Below, one piece after another: positions 1-13,295 of a stretch of DNA of 64,000 bases; within the stretch, counting starts at the first letter, position 1; each line of letters opens with the position of its first letter. The notes below the pieces were generated by a model that saw only the letters and a program-made list of their open reading frames with translations, was not told the origin of the DNA and ran no database searches. The position numbers were made by a program, and so were the translations under genes. The stretch lies in contig OX597820.1 of NCBI GenBank assembly GCA_951406725.2, positions 21,328,001-21,392,000 of the forward strand. The letters are read 5' to 3'. This DNA comes from Octopus vulgaris. Taxonomy: Eukaryota.

Positions 1-977
<977 letters not shown>

Positions 978-1306
978 TCATCATCATCATCGTCGTTTAG
1001 CGTCCGTTTTCCATGCTAGCATGGGTTGGACGGTTCTACTGGGGTCTGTGAAGCCAGAAGGCTTCATCAGGCCCAGTCAAATCTGGCAGTGTTTCTACGG
1101 CTGGATGCCCTTCCTAACGCCAACCACTCCGTGAGTGTAGTGGGTGCTTTTTACGTGCCACCCGCACAGGTGCCAGACAGAGCTGGCAAACGGCCACGAA
1201 CGGATGGTGCTTTTTATGTGCCACCGGCACAAGGGCCAGGCGAGGCTGGCAACGGACACGAAACGGGGCGGTGCTGGCAACGGTCGCGAAACGGAAGGTT
1301 CTCTTA

Positions 1307-1598
1307 CATGCCACCGGCACTGGTAACACATCTGCAATTTCCATTGATCGATTTCCATTCTGATCCTCACTTGCCTCAACGGGTCTTCACAAGTAGAGTT
1401 TCGACATGCCACCGGCACTGGTAACACATCTGCAATTTCCATTGATCGATTTCCATTCTGATCCTCACTTGCCTCAACGGGTCTTCACAAGTAGAGTTTC
1501 GACATGCCACCGGCACTGGTAACACATCTGCAATTTCCATTGATCGATTTCGATTCTGATCCTCACTTGCCTCAACAGGTCTTCACAAGTAGAGTTTT
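1307..1598. repeat. 98-bp tandem triplication in the LINE 3' UTR
   Basis: Unit ACATGCCACCGGCACTGGTAACACATCTGC...CAAGTAGAGTTT starts at ~1307, ~1405 and ~1503, nearly identical. Confidence 0.93.
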
Positions 1599-1669
1599 GT
1601 GTCCCAAGAAGGGAAGGTATGCATACGTAGGCTGGCTCCATCCCAAGTAGAAGGCCACGGGTTATGGAC

Positions 1670-4003
1670 TCACTTGTCCTGCCGGGTCTTCTCACGCACA
1701 GCACACTTCCAGAGGACTCGGTCTCTAGTCATTTCCTCAGTGAGACCTAAAGTTCGAAGGTCGTGCTTCACCACCTCGTCCCAGGTTTTCCTGGGTCTGC
1801 CTCTTCCACAGGTTCCCTCAACCGCTAGGGTGTGGCACTTTTTCACACAACTATCTTCATCCATTCTCGCCACATGACCATACCAGCGCAATCGTCTCTC
1901 TTGCACACCACAACTGATGCTTCTTAGGTCCAGCTTTTCTCTCAAGGTACTTACACTCTGTCGATTATGAACACTGACATTACACATCCATCGGAGCATA
2001 CTGGCTTCATTTCTTGCGAGCTTACGCATATCCTCAGCAGTCACGGCCCATGTTTCACTGCCATGTAGCATGGCTGTTCGTACACACGCATCATACAGTC
2101 TGCCTTTCACTCTGTGCGAGAGGCCTTTTGTCACCAGCAGAGGTAAGAGCTCTCTGAACTTTGCCCAAGCTATTCTTACTCTAGCAGTTACACTTTCAGC
2201 ACACCCGCCCCCGCTACTGACTTGGTCACCTAGGTAACGGAAACTATCAACTATTTCTAGTTTTTCTCCCTGGAAAGTGACGGAAGTTGGTCTCAGAGCA
2301 TTTTCAGTGTTTATTGTTCCTGAGCATCTGCCACATACAAAAACCATCTTCCTAGTTAGCCTTCCTTTGACATTGCTGCACCTCTTATGTGTCCATAGCT
2401 TACACTTGGTGCATCTTATAGAGTTTCTACCTACACCTTTTCTACAGATCGAGCAGGGCCATCTACCTGAAGGCGTTTGTGATTTGTCTACCTTCCTACT
2501 GATTACGACTTTGGTTTTAGCTAGATTGACTCTGAGGCCCTTCGATTTTAATCCTTGTTTCCACACCTGAAACTTCTCCTCCAGTTCTGATAGCGACTCA
2601 GCAATTAGAGCAAGGTCATCAGCATAGAGGAGCTCCCAAGGGCATCCTGTCTTGAATTCCTCCGTTATTGCCTGGAGGACTATGATAAATAGGAGGGGGC
2701 TGAGTACTGAGCCTTGGTGGACCCCTACCTCTACCCGGAATTCTTCACTGTACTCGTTTCCAACCCTCACCCTACTAGCAGCGTCCCTATACATGGCCCG
2801 CACAGCTCTCACTAACCATTCATCTATCCCTAGTTTCCTCATTGCCCACCAGCTAAGGGATCGGGGGACCCTGTCGAAGGCTTTCTCCATGTCAACAAAA
2901 GCCAGGTACAGGGGCTTATCTTTGGCTAGGTATTTCTCTTGCAGCTGCCTTACCAGGAATATAGCATCAGTAGTACTTTTCCCTGGCACAAACCCAAACT
3001 GCATCTCATCTAAACTAACTCTCTCTCTAATTAGTTGGGCTATGACCCTCTCCGTAACCTTCATCACCTGATCCAACAGCTTGATACCTCTGTAGTTATT
3101 TGTATCTAGAGCGTCACCTTTACCTTTGTAGCAGTTGACTATTATGCTGCTACACCAGTCATTGGGTATGACTCCTTTGTGTATCACCTGATTAACTATA
3201 TGGGTGACTAGGCTATAGCCGATACTACCAGACATTTTGAGCATCTCTGCAGTGATTCCTGATGGGCCTGGGGCTTTTCCTGTCTTCATGCTTCTAATTG
3301 CCTTAGCTACCACGGAACTATCAACTCGGATAGCTGGTCCCTCTGTTGGGTCAACATTCGGCAGACTCTCTTTATCCCATTCATTTTCTTTATTCAGCAA
3401 ACTTTCATAGTGGCATCTCCAAACCTCTCTCTTTGCATCCTCATTTAGCGCAAGTGAACCATCTTCCATGCGAACACACTTCTCTCCTACCACATCACGA
3501 TTCTCTCTCACACACTGTCTTGCAACGCGAAACACCTCTAGTCTTTGGTCCTCACGGCGCAGAATATTGGCAAATTTTTTCTTATCTGCTTCCCCTCTGG
3601 CTAAATAAACCTGTCTCTTAGCTTCTCTTTTGGCAGTCTGATACAATTCCCTGCTACCCCCATTTTTCCAGACCTTCCAAGCCTGTCTCTTTTCTCTAAT
3701 AGCCCTGTCTACAATATTGTTCCACCACCACGTTATTCTAGGTCGAGAGGGGACTTTGCACCAGCCACAGATCTGGTCAGTGGCTCTCAGCAGGTTGTCC
3801 CTTAGAAACGTCCAGCTGTCTTCTACCCCCTGTGATGCTCTATCCCCTTCTACTTCGTCAGAGGCTTCAAGTAATATGTCTCTAAATCTCTGTCCATTTG
3901 CAGGATCTTTAAGCTTCCAGATCCTTCTTCTCCATATTGGTCGTCTTCTGGTTGTCCTCCTAGTCCTGATCCTAAAGTCACTAACTACCAGTCTATGTTG
4001 TGG
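1670..4003 (-). CDS. LINE ORF: end of the AP-endonuclease (QHRLVV), reverse transcriptase, inserted C4HC3 zinc finger and C-terminal domain
   Basis: RT motifs [61 protein letters not shown] and GRGRPRKTW. The frame stays open upstream of the called 658-aa ORF to ~4003 ([11 protein letters not shown]...WWWNN). Confidence 0.92.
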   Translation of the reverse strand, partial: PQHRLVVSDFRIRTRRTTRRRPIWRRRIWKLKDPANGQRFRDILLEASDEVEGDRASQGVEDSWTFLRDNLLRATDQICGWCKVPSRPRITWWWNNIVDRAIREKRQAWKVWKNGGSRELYQTAKREAKRQVYLARGEADKKKFANILRREDQRLEVFRVARQCVRENRDVVGEKCVRMEDGSLALNEDAKREVWRCHYESLLNKENEWDKESLPNVDPTEGPAIRVDSSVVAKAIRSMKTGKAPGPSGITAEMLKMSGSIGYSLVTHIVNQVIHKGVIPNDWCSSIIVNCYKGKGDALDTNNYRGIKLLDQVMKVTERVIAQLIRERVSLDEMQFGFVPGKSTTDAIFLVRQLQEKYLAKDKPLYLAFVDMEKAFDRVPRSLSWWAMRKLGIDEWLVRAVRAMYRDAASRVRVGNEYSEEFRVEVGVHQGSVLSPLLFIIVLQAITEEFKTGCPWELLYADDLALIAESLSELEEKFQVWKQGLKSKGLRVNLAKTKVVISRKVDKSQTPSGRWPCSICRKGVGRNSIRCTKCKLWTHKRCSNVKGRLTRKMVFVCGRCSGTINTENALRPTSVTFQGEKLEIVDSFRYLGDQVSSGGGCAESVTARVRIAWAKFRELLPLLVTKGLSHRVKGRLYDACVRTAMLHGSETWAVTAEDMRKLARNEASMLRWMCNVSVHNRQSVSTLREKLDLRSISCGVQERRLRWYGHVARMDEDSCVKKCHTLAVEGTCGRGRPRKTWDEVVKHDLRTLGLTEEMTRDRVLWKCAVREKTRQDK

Positions 4004-4007
4004 GGTA

Positions 4008-4751
<744 letters not shown>

Positions 4752-4859
4752 TGAAAAGAACGTTATATGATATAACATCAGAAGTAGCTTACAGAAAGAG
4801 TAGGGATATCAATAGTGAATGTTAAATATAAAGGAAATTAATGTTTAAATTATATATAA

Positions 4860-6380
4860 TGTTAGAGATTACTAAGTACTAAAGGTGTGTTTTTGCCAAT
4901 GTTTACATCTGTATGCTCGCTCTATAACCGTGATTACTAGGGGATTTTAGAAAAAATAATGAAAAATAATTCAGAATTACTGAGAAGACAGAATTCCTTG
5001 CCTTTGTCGTAAGGTATCGAGATTGAGTGAATCAACCATTTTAAGTGAAATTGTTCATTGTGGTCTTAGATCCCAAATTAGTTTGCTGAGACCGGTACTA
5101 TTACGTTTATTTCTACCTTTAAATGTTTGTAGTGATCCTATACAACGGCGCGCGCTCGCGCACCGTCCATAACCACCGGAAGAAGAACCCTTTTGCCTAC
5201 GTAGCAGTTAGCCGAGGCAAGGGGATGGTAAGACGTTGACCACCAGCGTCCAGCAAGCAGCGACTGAAGGCGACGGTCACCTATATTTTTTCTCCGTCCG
5301 AACTTGATTCTAGCAGCACCTTACCAAAAGGCCTTTAACCAAATTGTTGCAGACCACATCTTCTCCCTGTTCCGGACGCCATCTTTGACCAGTGTCGTTT
5401 TGCATTTGAACACTTTCTTATTTTACAGCGATAAGGTTCAGCACTGACACATTTATACCAAGGACATCAGATAACCACTTATTGTTACTGTTACCACATT
5501 AGAGAATAAAGTAGTATATATATCTTTTACGTCTGCGTCTTGTTGTTTCTGACTGGTAGAATTCTGGATTATTAAAGCAACGGCTAGTGATTGCCTCTTG
5601 TACCCCGAAAGTACAAGAGAAGATATTCGCACTCACAAGTTCGTTTCATGTTGAGTAATGGATAGAAATTCTTTTAGATAACTCTAACGATGTGCTTCCA
5701 ATGCAAAATCGTACTTTATTACGAGTACTGATTATACACTAGTATATAGAATTTTTAATCTAAGAGTTACTTGATAAAAACTTAATTCTGTTGGAATTGA
5801 CTTCAAATACAATAACCTTGTTAATAATATTTCTAGAGGGCTGGATGGCATTAGCTAAATTAATGTTAGTATTAGTAAATGTATTAATATTTAACTGGTT
5901 GATATTATGTGAAGTGATAATTTGTAAGAGATTTTTTTGTGTTGGAAAAACCGATCCTAACCATATGTGAATTGATAATAGAGTAATACCTAGAATTCTT
6001 TGGAAAATTCCTAACAATAGCTTGATGAAACAGCAGTGGGAGATTAGATTTAATTTGTCTCCCGTACGGAATTATTAACCAAATATTTTTACTAGTATTT
6101 ATAGCGTAATCATTTATGAAAGTGTTATGTTTACTTTTAGAACGATACTAGGGGATTAAATAAGAGTTATCTCCCTTCATCCGTTTTGCATCGGTGCATA
6201 AGTTATGTTTGTTATCAATAATTCTTTTACGACTAGAAATTTTATCTACATCATTGAATTTACAATTAGACTGAGTGAAATCAATGTAGAAGATTTTCTC
6301 TCTATAACCTGCTTTAATCACTTTTTAATTACTGCTTTTTTCACTTTTCTGAAGAGAAAATTGCATTGTTTATACCATTT
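4860..6380 (-). mobile_element. Degenerate Penelope-like element: RT C-terminus/linker and GIY-YIG endonuclease, interrupted by a solo LTR
   Basis: Manual minus-strand translation gives KNIWLIIPYGRQIKSNL..AIVRNFPKNSRYYSIINSHMVRIGFSNT, NSIY*C..FCIGSTSLELSKRISIHYST|FKGRNKRNSTGLSKLIWDL, LKWLIHSISIPYDKGKEFCLL and RCKH. These match PLE motifs as I recall them (IIWFNPPY, HFP..N..VKVSYS, YIG.T..FK.R..H, STELSK.IW.LK, KCRH). Contains stops and frameshifts. Confidence 0.8.
5128..5648 (+). mobile_element. Solo LTR, probably Ty3/Gypsy type, 521 bp
   Basis: TG...CA termini and a 4-bp TSD TGTT (5124-5127 and 5649-5652). GC/CpG-rich interior with AATAAA at ~5505. Removing it restores the Penelope frame HYST-FKG. 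Confidence 0.8.
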
Positions 6381-6633
6381 ATTCTTTTGAGTAATATCAG
6401 TAGAATTTCCGAAACATGTGTCGGAAGTAAAAATATTTGATTTACACCTGCGTTAAACTCCATTTATTTATTCATATATTATACAAAAAATTCCACGTAA
6501 ACACGAAGTTTCTACCTTTATAAACAAAGAGTTACAACTTCTTTACTTGTGAGATTTTTTGCTACCCTGGTAACTATTTATTTATTTTTTCCGTGTTAAT
6601 TGTTAACAAGGCAAAAATACACTCATCTATTTA

Positions 6634-6685
<52 letters not shown>

Positions 6686-6759
6686 TGTGTGTGTGTGTAT
6701 GTATATATATAAAGCATTGGTATGTTGAAAATTTTCTCCCATATTCATTATCCCAAAAT

Positions 6760-6800
<41 letters not shown>

Positions 6801-7409
6801 TTGTATGTATACTCATAGTTATATATACATATATATTACAGAGTAGGCATCGAAAGGAGTGTTGTGAAATAAACAAACATTCAGATCAGTTTGTACATGT
6901 TTGGGACATATTTGACCTGTAAGGCCATTTTTGTTGCAGTTTGCCATGGAGAAAAATGTCATTCGAGGCAGATGTTAAAAGACCAACAGCAATTTCAGAG
7001 CATCCCCTACGGCCCAATATATGCATTTCAAGTTCCTTCACTACAATCACCACCACATACTAAGTGGGACAGCACTGAGAGGATTTTAGAAGTATTGAAT
7101 CTTTATAGAAGATCAGTAGAAGCTTTCTATTGATTGTGTCATAATCATCAAGGTCAAATAAAGTATATAGAAGACACACCAAAAAGTGTTGTAAAACAAA
7201 CTTTTAGATCAGTGCAAATGTTTTTGGGAGTTACTTAATTTATAAAAGAACCATTTTCACTGCATTTTAGTAATACCATTTGCCTAAAGTGAGAATTTTC
7301 TTCGCAGGAAACCATAGTTAAAGCGGTCTAGAAAAGCACAGAATTATAGTAGAAATACTTATAGTTCTTCATATCCTTATTAAAAATAAAAGAAAAACAA
7401 ATTCATTTT

Positions 7410-8252
7410 GAAATGGATTTTTTTTAACTCTTTATTCAAACGAACAGTATTTTAATTCCCACATTTTCTTAGCGAACATTTCGATTTTCATTTACAATTA
7501 TAAATAGTTAACAATTTGATTTTTTTAAAGAAAGATCAATGGTCATTTCAAATTCTGATTAAGTTTATAAATATTCTGAAGCAGCTTAGAATATTCTATA
7601 AATATGCAATATATTAATTTCTCCAAGCATGTATAAAATATATATATAGTCTATCAGCGAAACACGGAGTTTGAAATCATACAAAAAAATATAAAAGAAA
7701 CTGAAAAATAGTGTTTTAAATTATTTTTATTTAAAAAAAGAAAAAATCAAAATTTTAAATATATGGCCTATTATTTGTAATAAACAATTATTTTTCTCAA
7801 CAAAATAAAAATATTTTACCCTAAAGCGTAAGAAAATATAAATCTTTTTATATTCCAAAAACTCTTTATTTTCAATCTCCATTCAAATTTCATGTTTGTA
7901 TTTATTGTTCCTTCAAACAAATCATCAGTTTATCACTGATTTGGTTAATGTAAATCGATAATACTAACAGTAATGTCTAATTTGATATACATACTTTAAT
8001 TTAGATAGGCTTTAATATATACATATTTCTGCTCATATTCCAATAGCCGAAGGAGAGCATTTATTTGTAGATCTTATAAAACATTATTACATGCTTAGCT
8101 GTTTGTACATCAAATGAAAACACTCATCACAGAGAGTAATAATCCACAATAAGTTAAAAGATTTGATGGACTATCACATTTGGTTTTTCATAGGTTTAGC
8201 TCAATGTTTGAATGTTGATTGTCAAATGAATTTCTTGACTGGCACAATTTCA
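7410..8252 (-). other. unc-22: Twitchin terminal exon: stop codon plus ~840-nt 3' UTR
   Basis: Strong acceptor ttttctttctgtttcag|TGA; the stop at 8252-8250 is in phase 0 with the preceding exon. AATAAA on the minus strand at 7431-7436 is followed by a U-rich tract. The 3' end is inferred. Confidence 0.72.
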
Positions 8253-8344
8253 CTGAAACAGAAAGAAAAATAATTATTATTAAGAACACTTACAGAAACG
8301 ATTACAACAGTGTTCATACTTACAGGGAAAATAAAATAATATTT

Positions 8345-8776
8345 GAGCATGGCCAATGCCAGTGCCACCTGACTGGCAACCATGCCAGTGGCATATAAAA
8401 AGCATCATTCGAGTGTGACTGATGCCAGTGCCGCCTGACTGGCACTTCTGCTGATGGCATGTAAAAAGAACCATTTGAGCATGACTAATGCCAGTGCTGC
8501 CTGACTGGCATTCATGCCGGTGGCATGTAAAAAGCACTGTTTAGGCGTAGTCGATGCCGGTATTGCCTGACTGGCTCCCATTCTGGTGGCATATAAAAAG
8601 CACCCACTACACTCTTAGAGTGGTTGGCATTAGGAAGGGCATCTCGCCATAGAAACTGCCAGATCAGATTGGAGCCTGGTGCATCCTCCTGACTTGCCAG
8701 TCTTCAGTCAAACTGTCCAACTGTCCAACCCATGCCATCATGGAAAGCGAACGTTAAATGACGGTGATGATTGATG
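8345..8776 (+). mobile_element. RTE-tail-derived non-autonomous element
   Basis: Internal GCCAGTGCC-CCTGACTGGCA subrepeats and the shared CCAACCCATGC..CATGGAAA..CGTTAAATGA tail. Similar copies at ~18125-18335(-), 27895-28290(-), 34604-35012(-), 60677-60838(+) and 63685-64000(-). Confidence 0.75.
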
Positions 8777-8794
8777 TAAAGTCATCCTTTAATT

Positions 8795-9178
8795 CTTTTA
8801 TTCTTTTGCTTGTTTCAGTCATTTGACTGCAGCCATCTTGAAGCACCACTGTTAGTCAAACAAAGCAATCCCAGGACTTATTCTTTGTAAACCTAATACT
8901 TATTCTATCAGTCTCTTTTGCTGTACCACTAAGTTACGGAGATGTAAACACACCAACATCAGTTTTCAAGTGATGATGGGGCAGACAAATGCAGGCACAA
9001 AAACATATACACATACAACAGGCTTCTTTCAGTTTCCGTCTACCAAATTCACTCACAAGACTTTTGTATGCTTGAGGCAATAGTAGAAGATACTTGCCCA
9101 AGGTGACACGCAGTGGGAATGAACCCAGAACCATGTGGTTGAGAAGCAAGCTTCGTACCACACAACCACGCCAGCACC
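8795..9178 (-). mobile_element. tRNA-derived SINE, family A
   Basis: Diverged copy of the element at 17693-18120. Confidence 0.8.
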
Positions 9179-9656
9179 TTTGATTTTTTTTCATTTTCTT
9201 TCCATACTTATGGTCATCTTTTAATGTCTTATACTATATGTAATGTAACGTCTTATGCTATACATAACCTAATGTCTTAAGCAATATATACATTAATTTT
9301 AGATTTTGGCACAGGACTAAAAATCTTGGAGAAGAGGATAAATTATTTACATTGACCCCAGGGATCAACTGATACTTATTTTATAGACCCCAAACGGATG
9401 ACTGGCTAAGTTGACCCTTGTAGCATTTGAACTCAGAATGTAAAGACAGATGAAATACATATTAAATACTGTGATGGACTGGTGTCCCGTCCAGCTGGAG
9501 GGAACACAGACACCACAGAAAGCGGGAAACCAGGCCTATGAGCCTGGCTAGGCTTGAAAAGGGCACATAAATAAAAATACATATTAAATGAGTTATATCA
9601 ATAGTTATAATAACAGCAATGTTTTTTATTATTATATTAATGATAATAATTATTAC

Positions 9657-9898
9657 CTCAATAGACTTGAGAAGTTCTTGAACATCAACATGTGCTGGGC
9701 TTGCTGTATCTGTTACTGTCACATTCAAGGAAAAAGTCCATAAAGAAACTACATCATTGCTATCTTTTGCAGATACTTTATAAACTCCACTGTCTGTAGC
9801 TAGGGCTGCTGGGATCTCGAATTCAAATTCCTTATCATTCTCAGTGAATTTAAACCGACCGGTGTTTTCAATTTCATCATTATTTTTCTTCCAGGTAA
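9657..9898 (-). CDS. unc-22: Twitchin exon: second half of post-kinase Ig5 and C-terminal tail (VTWKKNNDEI...DSGVYKV...VQELLKSIE)
   Basis: ttatttcag acceptor, GAG|gtaata donor, 242 nt, phase 1 to 0. Ig W and DxGxY motifs. Confidence 0.9.
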
Positions 9899-10369
9899 CT
9901 GAAATAAGTTAAAATAATTTAAGCTTAATTTGGATGGTATGTGCAATGCATTAAAGAACCTAATATATAAATCATACTTATTAAATGGATAGGAAGCCTT
10001 TACACCAGATGTTTGACTGTATAGATCTATTGTTAAGAGTGAAATTTTTTTGATAGAAACTGAAATGTATGTAGCTGATTAAATCATGAACAGATGTCCA
10101 TTCTTTTGTGTCTTTCTATTATATTCTGTGATAATATACTTAATATATTCCTTGGCATTAAGAAGGGTGTCCAACCTTAAAATATTTATAATTTTCATCC
10201 AAGGGTTATTGTTATTTTTACTATAATTATCCTACATTATATCAGTACAGTTTGATGCGACCCCAAAAATCTGGTTCACCAGTCAGACCATTAGACCAGT
10301 GGCTGGCATAATGGAATAGGAGCTTTATTTGCATATTGAAAACATTTCCCATAAACAAATTTAAAAGAC

Positions 10370-10405
<36 letters not shown>

Positions 10406-10409
<4 letters not shown>

Positions 10410-11834
10410 CCTTTAACTCACAAGGAGAGTTAAATGATTTAGTTAGAGACTTGTCATTGTCGAAGGATAAAGCTGAACTATTAGCATCTCGCCTACAAGA
10501 AAAGTGTCTGCTTAAGAAAGATGTTTGTATTACACATTTCAGGAAGAGAAATAGGGATCTGACTTCATGCTTCTCTGTTGATGGACCACTTTGTTTCAGT
10601 AATAACACTGATGAGGTATTTCACTGTTTGTTCCAAGAGCATGTTCCAGCTGAATGGCGCTTATTCATTGATTCAGCTAAGCGAAGTCTCAAGGCAGTAC
10701 TACTACTACACAACAGCAATAAGAAACCATCTATTCCGATAGGACATTCAGTGCACATGAAGGAGTGTTATGAAAATATGCATTACTTTATGGCATTAAG
10801 TATACAAACTACAGCTGGAAAATATGTGGAGACTTGAAGTTGATTGGAATGTTGATGGGAATGCAATCTGGGTTCACGAAATATTGTTGCTTTTTATGTC
10901 TATGGGACAGTCGTGCAACTAGCAAGCACTATGTGCAATCAGAATGATTGCAAAATCATATGAGCTGGGAGTTTCTAGCGTCCACAGTAAGACACTTTTA
11001 AACCCAGAAAATGTTCTTCTTCCCCTTCTTCACATAAAGCTTGGCCTCATGAAGCAATTCGTGAAGACACTTGCCAGGGAAAGCTCAAAAGGTTTTGAAT
11101 ATGTAAAGGCTAAATTTCCAAAAACCACTGAGGCAAAACTGAAGGAGGGCATATTTATAGGTCTGCAGATAAAAGAACTCCTGAAGGACAACCACTTCCT
11201 CACAGCACTGGATGAGATTGAGCTTAAAGCCTAGGAATCCTTCAAATGGCTCTGTAAACAAGAGATCTCTAGAGTTTAGAAATGGAGTGAAATGTCTTCT
11301 AGACTCCTACGCTGCAATGGGTTGTCAGATGTCACTAAAAGTCCATTTCCTTGATTCACATCTGGGCTTTTTTGCAGAGAACCTTCGAGCAGTGTCTGAT
11401 GAGCAAGGGGAATGCTTTCATCAAGATATTGCATCGATAGAACAACGATATCAAGGATTTTGGAATGCAGGAATGTTAGCTGACTACTGTTGGATGTTAT
11501 ACAGGGATGAACCTGAGACAAAACACCATAGAAAGTCCAAATCCCAAAGATTTTAAGTTGTTATGCATTTGAGTGTATTCTAACTTATTTGTACACAATA
11601 ATTTTAATTTTGTACAATAAAAAGCCATGAAATTATCGTATCTTTTATTCAATATATTTTATAGAGACATGCTTTACGTATCCTATAAGTTAAAAGAGCA
11701 AGTATCATTAACATGAACATGTGACCTGATAGAGGAAATCAGATTTCAGATTCCTAATCAACATCAAAAATTAACCCAGAAAAGTCAATCAGCAACTCTG
11801 ATGATTAAAAAAAGGTTCATTTTGTTGACCAGTG
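10406..11834 (+). mobile_element. Chapaev3-type (Transib/RAG1-related) DNA transposon relic, left end missing
   Basis: Frameshifted transposase pieces LNDLVRDL, WRLFIDS, ICGDLK, CFLCLWDSR, LHIKLGL, KVHFLDSH and SDEQGECFHQD. The right end TTTTGTTGACCAGTG is followed by TAA, fitting CAC...GTG termini and a TWA target. Confidence 0.78.
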
Positions 11835-11944
11835 TAATTATAAAAGTATTTATCTCCTTTAAGATCTTAACAGATTTTTATTTACAATACATTTTTTCCT
11901 GTTTACCAGACATAAACTAATTACAAAAATTGTAAACTGCTCAC

Positions 11945-12058
11945 CTTTTACATTGCTTTCTTCAAAACTGCAGCTGAACCTAGCGAGTGTCCCTTCTTCA
12001 ATACTTAGAGATTGAGGAAATGTTACAAATGTAGGACCAACAACCTCATCGTCTGGAA
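11945..12058 (-). CDS. unc-22: Twitchin exon: first half of post-kinase Ig5 (VPDDEVVGPTFVTFPQSLSIEEGTLARFSC...)
   Basis: ttatttag acceptor, G|gtgagc donor, 114 nt, phase 1 to 1. Confidence 0.92.
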
Positions 12059-12468
12059 CTAAATAATAATAGAGAAAAATTAAAATTAATTATACATAAA
12101 CATATGTATGTCATTATTCAGTTTTACTTCAAGTTTTCTTGCCAATAGAGAAAGAGCCAGATTCTAACCTAGACCCAATGCTCCTCAGTAGAATTTTGAC
12201 ATCACCAACGGGGTATTTTTGTTTGTTTGTTTGTATGTATGTACGTACATACATATATATGTCATTCAGTTTATTTCAAGATTTCTTGTCAATAGAGAAA
12301 GAGCCGGTTTCTAACCTAGATTCAAGGTTCTGTCATTCAACATCAACAACACGGTATTTTTGTATGTATGTAATGTATGTATGTATGTATGTATGTGTGT
12401 ATATGTATGTATGTGCAGATTTGTATGCATTTTCATGCATATTGTTGCATATCTAGACATGCTCATAT

Positions 12469-12872
12469 ACTCTTACTCTTTTACTTGTTTCAGTCATTTG
12501 ACTGCGGCCATGCTGGAGCACCGCCTTTTTAGTCGAGCAAATCGACCCCGGGACTTATTCTTTGTAAGCCCAGTACTTATTCTATCTGTCTCTTTTGCCG
12601 AACCGCTAAGTGACGGGGACGTAAACACACCACCATCGGTTGTCAAGCAATGCTACGGGGACAAACACACACACACACATACACACATATACATATATAT
12701 ACATATATACGACAGGCTTCTTTCAGTTTCCGTCTACCAAATCCACTCACAAGGCATTGGTCGGCCCGGGGCTATAGCAGAAGACACTTGCCCAAGATGC
12801 CACGCAGTGGGACTGAACCCGGAACCATGTGGCTGGTTAGCAAGCTACTTACCACACAGCCACTCCTACGCC
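12469..12872 (-). mobile_element. tRNA-derived SINE, family A, near full length
   Basis: Pol III A/B-box head, internal (TA/TG)n and (AAAAGAGT)n-like tail. Further copies at ~15120-15612, 16120-16470, 26968-27370, 31326-31668, 60385-60610 (all -) and 45361-45525 (+). Confidence 0.88.
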
Positions 12873-13108
12873 TAGATATATATTTAAATGATAAACTTCT
12901 GGAAAGTTTTACAGATTTTTACAGTTCCAGTGATGGATTAGATCTGTAGTCATCGAGTTAGCTTTCTCCTTTCTGGTTTTGAGAAGCCTAACTTCTCAGG
13001 ATTGGCATTTAGGCAGTATGTATGTATGCATGTGTGTATGTATATAAACATATATACATGTGTACATATATAAGTATATATACATACATATATACATGTA
13101 CATATATA

Positions 13109-13156
<48 letters not shown>

Positions 13157-13258
13157 TCATCATGATCCTCATCGTCGTTGTTTAACGTCTACTTTCCATG
13201 CTGGCACGGGTTGGACGGTTTGACTGAGGGCTGGCAAGCCAGAAGGCTGCACTAGACT

Positions 13259-13295
<37 letters not shown>

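Noticed and set aside
2277-3621. Plus-strand ORFs of 91-139 aa overlapping the LINE
   Set aside because: They are antisense shadows of the RT ORF with no recognisable motifs.
6838-7140. Possible mariner-like fragments here and at ~14028-14235 and ~63490-63670
   Set aside because: Only weak resemblance to terminal or HPPYSPDL-type motifs and no paired TIRs; not supportable without a library search.
12360-12949. Recurrent short ORFs such as DRLLSVSVYQIHSQG...EDTCPRCH at many loci
   Set aside because: They are translations of dispersed SINE copies, not a gene family.
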